Source of the DNA: an uncultured Acidobacteriota bacterium
GTDB lineage: Bacteria > Acidobacteriota > UBA6911
Length of the DNA: 64,000 bases
Reading direction: 5' to 3'
NCBI GenBank assembly: GCA_963827655.1
Contig: CAWHCF010000004.1
Location: 96,001 to 160,000, forward strand
How positions within the stretch are numbered: position 1 is the first letter of the stretch; each line of letters opens with the position of its first letter. The position numbers and the translations under genes are program-made. Of the stretch, positions 55,797 through 64,000 are shown in pieces. The notes under the pieces are model-generated. The model ran no database searches. It was not told the origin of the DNA and saw nothing but the letters and a program-made list of their open reading frames with translations.

Positions 55797-56697
55797 CCGA
55801 CTGCGGATCGCGAAGAGTTCGGATGCCAGGATTGAACCATCAGGCTGCTTGCCAGTCAGCAATCCAAGGTCGCGGCGGCATTCGATGCGCTGGCTGCGCG
55901 CTATGACGACACGTGGACCGACTCGGTTATCGGGCGCCTCCAGCGTGAGTCCATCTGGCGGGCCATCGACGGTATTTTCACTCCCGGCGGGCATATTCTG
56001 GATCTTGGTTGTGGAACCGGAGTCGATGCGGCGCTATCTGGCCCGTGCCGGACTCCGAGTTCACGCGACCGACATCTCAGGCGGCGATGCTGCAGGCCAC
56101 GCGGAAGCGGTTGGAGCGAGAAAGAATCACGGACCGAGTGACCTTCGAGCTGAGGGCGCTGGAGGATCTCGCGCTTCTGAAAGAACGCGGCCCATTCGAC
56201 GGAGCCATTTCAAATTTCGGTGCGATCAATTGCGTGCGAGGATTTACCGGGCGTCGCTTCAAGCCTGGCAGAATTGATTCGTCCCGGCGGCAGGCTGGTC
56301 ATTTGCTCGATGGGCCGATTCTGCCTTTGGGAGTCGCTCTGGTACCTCATGCACGCGACGCGCCGGGAAAGCTGTTCGACGGTGGAGTGGCGCCGCACCG
56401 GCGGGACATGTCCGGAAGACCGAAATGACGCGCAGGCCTCCTTTGGTACGCGGCCGCCGCTTTGAGGTTTTTTATCCCACGGTCGCTGAGATTGCATCAG
56501 CATTTAGACGAACACTTCCGGCTGATTCAATTTCGCAGCATCGGAGTATTCGTGCCTCCTTCCTACATGGAGAGTTGGGCCGCGAGCGGCGCCGGCCTTT
56601 ATGCGCCGGCTGGGGCGCCTCGATTTCCATGGTTGGCGCATGGCCCGGTCTGCGAGCTATCGGAGACCATCGCTTGCTGATTCTCGAGCGATCCTGA
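55793..56697 (+). CDS. class I SAM-dependent methyltransferase 1 (frameshifted)
   Basis: AFDALAARYD, ILDLGCGTGVDA, FDGAISNFGAINC, IRPGGRL across frames; start approximate. Confidence 0.78.
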
Positions 56698-56745
56698 CTA
56701 TGGCTTCCTATGCGGCACCCTGCGGATCAAACCAGAGTCCCTGAA

Positions 56746-57696
56746 ATGGAGCAGCGTTCGTTGAAGCTGCGCTGTCCGTCGTGCTTCGCCCCTGCCGGCG
56801 AGCTGAAAGGCGCCGCGAAGAGGGGAGAACCTGCCTTTCCTGCGGCTATCGCATGGAATGGGTCGAAGGCATTCTGCGCGCCGTGATCCCGGAGCGCCGG
56901 AAATTCTATGATCGCTTTCTGACGGAATACTCGACCATTCGAAAGGCTGAGGGGCGCGGCTCCGATGATCCCGCGTACTATTTGGCGCTGCCGTACAGGG
57001 ACTTGACCGGAAGGCATGCCGAACAGTGGGCCATCCGGGGTAAGACCTATCGCTATTTCGAGGAACGCGTGCTGCCTGCAGCTCGAAACCGGCCGGCCTC
57101 TCGACATTCTGGATCTGGGAGCCGGAAACGGCTGGATGTCTTACCGCCTGGCTCAGAGAAAACATCATCCTGTGGCGGTCGACATCCTCACCGATCCGTT
57201 GGATGGGCTGGGCGCCGCCCGGCATTTCCACGCCGCGCTCGACGAGAAGTTCCCGCTGGTTGAGGCGGAATTCGATCGTCTTCCGTTTCGCCGACGCTCA
57301 GTTTGATCTTGCGATCTTCAACTCTTCGATTCACTACTCGTCGCATTATCATCACACTCTGAACGAGGCGAGACGCTGCTTGCGTCCTTCAGGGCGTGTG
57401 GTGATCCTTGACTCCCCGATCTACAGGAAATACTCCCATGGCGACCTGATGCGATCCGAACGCCATCGAGAGTTTGAAGCGCGCTATGGCACTCGTTCAG
57501 ACTCAATCCCGAGCGTTGAATTCCTGCACCAGGCGGTTCTGGAAGAATTGGCGGATTCACTTGCATCTCAGTTGGGAAATCTACAAGCCCTGGTACGGTT
57601 GGAAGTGGGCGCTCCGTCCCTGGAAGGCTCGCCTGAAGCAGGCAGAGGCCTCCGTCTCGCTTCTGGATTCTCGTCGCCACCTGGGCTCGGTCATGA
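56746..57696 (+). CDS. class I SAM-dependent methyltransferase 2 with N-terminal Zn-ribbon (frameshifted)
   Basis: CPSC...CLSC, ILDLGAGNGW, FDRLPF, FDLAIFNSSIHYS, LRPSG. Confidence 0.78.
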
Positions 57697-59158
57697 TCAT
57701 CTTCCTTCACCCGCGCGCAACCAGCCCGCGAAGCCGGCGATTTCCGCTCTCGATCCTCGCGCTTGCGGCTGTCGTGGAAGGGAGAGAGGAATACGAAATC
57801 GTAGACGGCAACATCGACCCCGATCCCTGGGAATCCTTGCGGCGGCTGATGCGGCATAAGACTGCAGAATTGCTGGCGGTCTCGGTTATGCCGGGTCCTC
57901 AAATGAAGGCCGCCATTCCCCTGTGCCGGGCTTTTCGTGAAGAGTACCCGTCGGTCCCGATCGTGTGGGGCGGCTACTTCCCCTCTCTCTATCCTGATGC
58001 GGCCCTGAACTCGAACTACGTCGACTTCGCCGTTCGCGCTCAGGGCGAGGATACTTTCCTCGAGCTGATCGCGGCCCTTCGTGGCGAGCGCGATTTTTCC
58101 AGGATTCTCGGTCTTTCTTTCAAAGACCACTCGGGCCGGCGTGTTCACAATCCTGAGCGTCCGATGCGCTCGCCCGAGGAGTATCCCTGGCCCCCATATC
58201 ACCGGCTGGAGGTTTCGAAGTACATCCTTCCCACGTTCCTGGGCTCGCGCACCGCCGTGCACCAGGCCAGCATTGGCTGTCCCTTCCGGTGTAATTTTTG
58301 CGGGGTGATTTCGGTGTACGGGAGCCGCGAGAAAATGGAGTCGCCTCGGCGCACGGCGGCAATCTTAGGGCACCTTAAGCAGCGCTTTGGCGTCAATGCC
58401 ATCCAGTTTTACGACAATAATTTCTTCCTGCGCGACGACCATGCCCGCGAACTGGCGGAGCGGCTGACGCCGCTCGAATTGCGCTGGTGGTGCGAAGGTC
58501 GCGTCGACACGGTTCTCGGCTACTCTGATCAGACCCTTCGCGCTTTGAAGAGAGGCCGGATCCACGATGATCTTCTTCGGCGCGGAATCGGGTTCGGACT
58601 GGGTGCTCGAGCAGATGAACAAGCAACTCAAGGCGGAGCAGACGCTCGCTCTGGCCGGAAGAATCCGGCAGTTCGGCATTGTGCCCGAGTTTTCTTTCAT
58701 ACTGGGGAATCCGCACGACCCGGAACGCGATACGCGCGAGTGCATCGCGTTTGTTCGAAAGATCAAGCGGATTAACCCCCAGGCCGAGATCATCATTCAG
58801 CACTACATTCCTGTGCCTCAGCGCGACGGGATGTACGGTCAGGTCGAGGGTAAAATCGAGTTTCCCACGACGCCTGAGGAGTGGGCGACAGACCGGTGGT
58901 ACAACTTCACCGTCAGGACCGACCCGAAGCTGCCGTGGCTGCCGGATCAAATCCGGCGCCGGATCGACGACTTCGAGCTCGTGATAAATTCGCGCTGGCC
59001 CACGGTGCAAGACATCCGGCTGCCCGCGTTGGGGACGCGCGGCACTGAAGTCGCTCAGCAGCTGGCGCTACCGCCTGGGAATCTACCGATTCCCTCTGGA
59101 GCTTGCCTGGGCGCAGAAAGTGATCGATTTACGAAAACCCAAGGTCGAGAGTATTTGA
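57693..59158 (+). CDS. B12-binding radical SAM protein 5 (frameshifts near 58555 and 59030)
   Basis: FPLSILALA, VWGGYFPS, RAQGE, GCPFRCNFC, YDNNFF, FGAESGS; reconstructed end ...RKPKVESI*. Confidence 0.86.
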
Positions 59159-59868
59159 ACCATTCCCTATTACAACTGGAAAACCGGTCAACCCGCATAG
59201 TGTCGCCTGCGGAAGGGCACCGGATCTGGTCTGAGAGCTATGATAGCCAGCCCAACCCTCTGCTTGCCCTCGAGTTTCGCTATCTTTCCCGCATGATGCC
59301 GGAGATCGAAGGACGGCTGGCGCTGGACGTGGCTTGCGGGACCGGTCGATGGCTGGGTTACCTGGTTACACACGGGGCGCGAGCCTTTGGAGTCGACACC
59401 TCGCGTGAGATGCTGCTCCATGCGTCGAAAAAGCCGGGACTTCGAGAACGTCTGATGCGCGGCGACCTGTGCCATCTTCCATTCCAGAACGGGTGTGCGG
59501 ATCTGGTGATCTGCGCCTTTTCTCTCGGGTACATAAGAACGCTCGAGCAGGGTCTAGCCGAACTGGCGCGGCTGGTGAAGTCGGGCGGATCTGTGATCGT
59601 CAGCGATTTTCATCCTGAAGGACACGCTCGAGGCTGGAAGCGCGCCTTCCGGAGCGGCTCGCACAGCTACGAGATCGAACATTATCCATACACGATTGAA
59701 AGGTTGCTGGAAGCTGCTCGAAATGCGCGTCTGGATCTGGAAGAGCTTCAAGAGCCAGGTCTCGACGAACCGGAGCGGCGCATTTTTCAGGAGGCCGGCA
59801 AGGAGACCCTGTTTGAGGAAGCGCGCGGCGTGCCGGCGGTGCTTATTGCTCGCTGGAGACGGCGGTAA
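59155..59868 (+). CDS. class I SAM-dependent methyltransferase 3 (BioC-like)
   Basis: WSESYD.QPNPL, LDVACGTGR, GVDTSREML, LPF, SDFHP; TTGA overlap with rSAM 5. Confidence 0.83.
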   Translation: MNHSLLQLENRSTRIVSPAEGHRIWSESYDSQPNPLLALEFRYLSRMMPEIEGRLALDVACGTGRWLGYLVTHGARAFGVDTSREMLLHASKKPGLRERLMRGDLCHLPFQNGCADLVICAFSLGYIRTLEQGLAELARLVKSGGSVIVSDFHPEGHARGWKRAFRSGSHSYEIEHYPYTIERLLEAARNARLDLEELQEPGLDEPERRIFQEAGKETLFEEARGVPAVLIARWRRR

Positions 59869-59876
59869 ATAGACCT

Positions 59877-59951
59877 TGGCGTTTCTTCGTGTCTTTGCGT
59901 CTTAGCGGTGTCAGAAGCCAACCACGAAGACTCAAAGACACGAAGAAACAG
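59877..59951. repeat. dispersed 9-nt-period repeat, inverted pair
   Basis: gtttcttcgtgtctttgcgtcttagcggt ... aaccacgaagactcaaagacacgaagaaac. Confidence 0.72.
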
Positions 59952-59954
59952 GCG

Positions 59955-60183
59955 TGACTACAAGATAAGTCGGCATTCCACTTCTCGCCGGTACGAAAGG
60001 GTCTCGCTTTCTCTCAAGATACTTCCGGCAAGGCTCTTGGAATCTCGAGAGGGCTTTGTGTAAGCCACGACTCGGACCATCGGGCGACCACGTTTTGTTA
60101 TTACTACGGGATCTCTGGTTTCTGCTACCGTCGATAATTCTCAGACACTGGTCCTTGAACTTGGCTGCAGTGATGGTTTTCAT
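59955..60183 (-). pseudogene. Phd/YefM antitoxin (frameshifted) with stub of the toxin start
   Basis: MKTITAAKFKDQCLRIID, then VVITKRGRP..R and TGEKWNAD in shifted frames; overlapping ATG at 59976 (MPTYL...) runs into the repeat. Confidence 0.7.
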
Positions 60184-60190
60184 ATTTTGC

Positions 60191-60220
60191 AATATGGCCA
60201 TGACCATATAGCCATGTCAA
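60191..60220 (-). promoter_or_regulatory. sigma-70 promoter with palindromic operator for the Phd-like gene
   Basis: TTGACA (60220-60215), 18-bp spacer, CATATT; overlapping ATATGG-N6-CCATAT palindrome (60192-60209). Confidence 0.62.
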
Positions 60221-60395
60221 CCATCGATCTCTCGCTTCCCAGGCCGTCGCTTGGGAAGTATTTAATAGCCCTGAGGACTTGCGCCTTCGGGCCGGCTCTT
60301 GTCACTTTGGGAGGAATCGGTTCGCGGCCAAGGTCACGGTTTTTTCGTTCGGGAGCTGGAGTCCAAGGATTTATGATGAGGAACGGTGGCGCGGC

Positions 60396-61674
60396 ATGGC
60401 ACAAGAACGGTCGTGGATTCTGCGGGGAGCGCGAATAGCGCGAGGAGCCGAAGAGACAGAGGCAAGCGATATCGAGATTCGTGCCGGGAAAATCGTCGCC
60501 CTTGAATCGTCGTCGCCCATCCCGGGCACGCGCGCTCGAGCTCGATCTGCGCGGTTGTCTGGTATTGCCCGGCTTGATCAATGCCCACGACCACCTCGAG
60601 TTCAGTCTTTTTCCCCGTCTGGGACGCGGACCCTATCCCAACGCCGGCGCCTGGGCGCGCGACATCTACCAGCCGCATCGTTCGCCGATAAAGGAACATT
60701 TGCGCGTTCCCCTGCCGGTTCGGCTTCGCTGGGGCGGAATCAAGAACTTGCTGAGCGGCGTGACGACGATCTGCCATCACAATCCTTACAACGCTCGAGT
60801 CTTCGAGCATAACTTTCCCGCGCGTGTGCAGAAGAGATTCGGCTGGGCGCACTCCCTGGAGTTTGCTCCCGATCTGGAGTTGCGTTTCCGCGAGACTTCG
60901 CCGGAGTGGCCCTTTATCGTTCACCTCGGCGAGGCGAGGGATCGCACCGGGAAACTCGAGATTTTTCGACTCAACCAGCTTGGCGCCCTGGATGAGCGCA
61001 CTGTCCTGGTTCACGGAGTCGCTTTGGGAAGGCAGGGACTGCGGCTGTCGAAGGAAAAAGGAGCGGCGCTGGTTTGGTGCCCAAGCTCAAATCTGTTTAT
61101 CCTGGGGCGCACCCTGAGCCAGGCGGCGCTCAATAACGGCGTTCCCCTGGCTCTCGGCACCGACTCCGCGCTGAGCGGAAAGGGAGACCTGCTTGATGAG
61201 TTCCGCCTGGCGCAGCGAGTCTCCGGTCTTTCATCAAGCCGTCTCTATCGGATGGTTACCGAGGATGCGGCCCGAATCCTGCGGCTGGAAAACGGCGAAG
61301 GGACAGTAACGGAAGGTGGCGTGGCTGATCTCCTGGTCGTGAGAGACAATGGAAGAAGCCCGGCCGAGACGCTCACGAGACTTCGAACCGGCGCCATGGA
61401 AATGGTGATCCTGGGAGGGAGGATCAAGCAAGTTTCACCGCGCCTGGCGCCTCGGCTCCCGGCTACCGTCCGGAAGCGACTCCGTTCCCTCACTGTAGAA
61501 GAGAAACGAAGGGTCTTTCTTGATGCGGATCTTCCCGGGATCTACGCACGGACGTCGCGTGTGCTCGGTCCCGAGATCCGACTCGCCGGGAAAAAGATCC
61601 GCATCGACATAAGCGGGGCGAAACAAATACCGCCAGGACGCAAGGACACGAAGAAACAGCAAGCAAGCGCATGA
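60396..61674 (+). CDS. metal-dependent amidohydrolase/deaminase (frameshift near 60525)
   Basis: PGLINAHDH, SGVTT, VHLGE, VHG, CPSSN, LGTDS, ADL. Confidence 0.86.
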
Positions 61675-62657
61675 TTCCTGACATTATCGAGAAGCTCCCG
61701 ATTCTGATTCTTTATCCCCACAGTCGATGCAACTGCCGCTGCGTGATGTGTGATATCTGGAAGATCGACACGGTGCGTGAGATCAGCATCTCTGACCTGG
61801 ACCGTCACGCCGGCGATATCCAGTCCCTCGGGGTCCGGTGGGTGGTCTTCTCGGGCGGAGAGCCTCTGATGCACTCCGATCTCTTTCGACTGAGTGACCG
61901 GCTGCGCGAAGCGGGCATCCGGACCACGATACTGACCACGGGCCTTCTGCTGGCGAAATACTCGAGCTCAATCGTCAGCCGGCTCGACGACGTGATCGTC
62001 TCCCTGGATGGACCTCGCGAGGTTCACGATCGAATCAGGCGGATCCCGCGCGCGTTCGATCTGCTGGCGGGCGGAGTGAACGCCATTCACGCGCGCAAGC
62101 CCGAATTCCCGGTTGCGGCGCGCTGTACGGTCCAGCATGAGAATTTCTTGAGCCTGCGCGAAACTGTGCGAACGGCTAAAACAATGGGTCTCCAGTCCAT
62201 TTCATTTCTGGCTGCGGACCTGACCTCCGAGGCGTTTAACCGGCCGCAAGGTTGGTCGGGGGAGCGCCAGGCCAGCGTGGCGCTGAACGGTGAAGAAGTG
62301 AATCTGCTGGAGAACGAGATCGAGACAATGATTCGCGAATCAGCGGAAGATCCGGCCTACGTGCTCGAGACTCCGGAGAAGCTGCGACGCATTGTTTATC
62401 ATTTCCGCGCGCATCTGGGTATGGTCGAGGCGGTATCGCCGCGCTGCAATGCCCCGTGGGTGTCGGCCGTGGTCGAGTCGGACGGCACAGTTCGTCCCTG
62501 CTTCTTCCATAAACCCATTGGCAACATCGGCCGCGATACGCTTCGCGCGGTATTGAACGGACCGGAGGCAATGGAATTTCGCAGGACCCTCGACATTTCC
62601 CGGAATCCGATCTGCCGGCGCTGTGTTTGCTCGCTTCACCTTTCGCCTGTGCCGTGA
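61671..62657 (+). CDS. radical SAM protein with SPASM/twitch domain
   Basis: CNCRCVMC, SGGEPL, VSLDG, C.APW....ESDG.VRPC, CRRCVC. Confidence 0.9.
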   Translation: MIPDIIEKLPILILYPHSRCNCRCVMCDIWKIDTVREISISDLDRHAGDIQSLGVRWVVFSGGEPLMHSDLFRLSDRLREAGIRTTILTTGLLLAKYSSSIVSRLDDVIVSLDGPREVHDRIRRIPRAFDLLAGGVNAIHARKPEFPVAARCTVQHENFLSLRETVRTAKTMGLQSISFLAADLTSEAFNRPQGWSGERQASVALNGEEVNLLENEIETMIRESAEDPAYVLETPEKLRRIVYHFRAHLGMVEAVSPRCNAPWVSAVVESDGTVRPCFFHKPIGNIGRDTLRAVLNGPEAMEFRRTLDISRNPICRRCVCSLHLSPVP

Positions 62658-63020
62658 TCAAGCTGCTTTCTTGGGAGCCCGAAAGGGCGGGCAGGGCGCA
62701 GGCTCGACCGTCAGAAGCTCTGAAGAAATGAGTCCGTGGCGCGGGTCATCAGTTTGCGACCCGCGTCGTCTGCGAGGGCCGCTACAATAAGTCGCTCTCG
62801 GAATGTGGCTGACACATTTTCTGAAGCCTTGTGGCGACGGCTCATCAGACCCGTCGCACGTTCGAAGATTTAGCGTTAAAATTCGTAGTGCCACTAGGGA
62901 CGGATGTCTTGATAGCCCGTCCGCACATGTAGCGGGCGAGTCTTTGCAACAGACTCTGCGCGTATGAGCAAAGCTGGTGCTTCACGGGACGTAATCGGCT
63001 TTTCTTCCGTTGCGGGCGAT

Positions 63021-64000
63021 TTATCGCTCGAGCTGATAGACCTGGAGCGGCATCCCGCCGTCTTCGCGGATTTCTCGAATCAAACGGGCCTTGTGTTGGC
63101 TCATATAGGCCCAAAATTCATCATGATAAACAGACATCCCTGGCCGAGAACGGTCCAGGAGGTTTCGCATCGTAGTCGCGTCGAGCAAAACGATGTCCGG
63201 GGCATTTAACTTCATGGCTTCGGCAAATGGAATGGGATTTTCGTGCCTCTCTGGATCCGACAGAAGCAAGGGCAGATAGAAAGATCGATATTGCCGATCA
63301 GCGAGAGCAAGCCAATAGATCTCGCGCCCCAGTACACGGGCCGACGAAGGAACCACCTGTCTTAGCTCGCTAAAGATCTGGCGGGGGGGTACCGCTTGGC
63401 TCGCAGTCCGCTGCATCCGGAAAATGGCCCAGGCGCCCTGAAACACCGTCAGCCCGACAATCACCACCACGACCGCGCGGTACGCTCCTCTGCGCGCTTC
63501 TAGCAGATGAGCGAGCAACGCCGCGACGAGAAGCGCAAAAAGAGGGGCTACAGTCACCAGATAACTGAAACGTTTGATCTTGACCAGCAGAGCGAACAGT
63601 AAAGGAAACACCAGACAAGGCACCAGCAACCACAATGCCTCCCGGTCTCTAAGCCGGGCCGCCCGCCCCCAGAGCCAGACCAGCGCTGCGGGAACGCCCA
63701 GGGCTATGAGCCAGAAACCGGGATGGACCATTGTTGCCATCTCGCCCACCCCCAGAGCATAACGATGCCGTTCGTTGAGGATATTCTCGACATAGAAGGA
63801 AAGGCTCAGAGGTTTGAATGTCTCACGACTTAAGATCAGCTGCCCCTTATAGTCATCCCAGTTAGAAGCTAATACGAAGATCCAGATGAGCCATGGTACT
63901 GATGCTCCAGCCATTATCTGGCCGAGGCTGCGAAGAGTGGGTTGATACGTGAAGTAAAGGCGCTCCAGCAACAAGAGCAAGAGTAACGCGACAATCCAGA
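63021..64000 (-). CDS. ArnT/GT-C-like membrane glycosyltransferase, 3' part (cut by window edge)
   Basis: Multiple TM helices, K..SYL....PL motif, soluble C-terminal domain. Confidence 0.55.
   Translation of the reverse strand, partial: WIVALLLLLLLERLYFTYQPTLRSLGQIMAGASVPWLIWIFVLASNWDDYKGQLILSRETFKPLSLSFYVENILNERHRYALGVGEMATMVHPGFWLIALGVPAALVWLWGRAARLRDREALWLLVPCLVFPLLFALLVKIKRFSYLVTVAPLFALLVAALLAHLLEARRGAYRAVVVVIVGLTVFQGAWAIFRMQRTASQAVPPRQIFSELRQVVPSSARVLGREIYWLALADRQYRSFYLPLLLSDPERHENPIPFAEAMKLNAPDIVLLDATTMRNLLDRSRPGMSVYHDEFWAYMSQHKARLIREIREDGGMPLQVYQLER

Noticed and set aside
58567-59868. Apparent radical SAM-methyltransferase fusion in the ORF track
   Set aside because: Artefact of a frameshift near 59030; the corrected rSAM ends at TGA 59158, overlapping a TTG start at 59155.
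49555-63020. RiPP precursor peptide for the radical SAM/SPASM enzymes
   Set aside because: No short ORF with RBS, leader-like or repetitive core was found in the gaps (49555-49771, 51275-51402, 59869-60395, 62658-63020), and no PqqD/RRE or peptidase; a distant precursor cannot be excluded.
62660-63020. Hairpins (gcccgaaagggc and others) between the SPASM gene and the GT-C gene as an ncRNA
   Set aside because: Look like degenerate REP-type remnants between convergent genes; no recognisable RNA family.

Overview
A ~60% GC bacterial window, most consistent with Acidobacteriota (inference from an ADOP-type duplicated permease, a TIGR02999-type ECF sigma/Ser-Thr kinase pair and several PQQ-like beta-propellers). 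Two systems stand out. (1) A ~13 kb plus-strand cluster (49772-62657) encodes five cobalamin-binding radical SAM enzymes, three class I methyltransferases, an amidohydrolase and a SPASM/twitch radical SAM. It has no visible precursor peptide, scaffold synthase or transporter and is flanked by envelope glycosylation genes. (2) A minus-strand GriC/GriD (EhpF/EhpG)-like two-component carboxylate reductase is co-transcribed with secreted beta-propellers (31520-37781) next to a DAHP synthase. It may continue ~18 kb away as an Fe-ADH, propeller, CxxC-bearing GT4 and ABC exporter block (2710-13656). Also present: a nadQ-nadA-nadC locus with two NadQ boxes but no nadB, a repeat-bracketed ECF/kinase module, four intact or decayed toxin-antitoxin loci (two with attC-like ends), several MITE/REP-like elements, a sigma-54 promoter and a dispersed 9-nt-period repeat. 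Many genes, especially beyond ~42 kb, are split by single-base indels that look like long-read consensus errors, so their coordinates are manual reconstructions. No rRNA, tRNA, CRISPR array, integrase or transposase was recognised. All family assignments come from reading motifs by eye; no database search was run.
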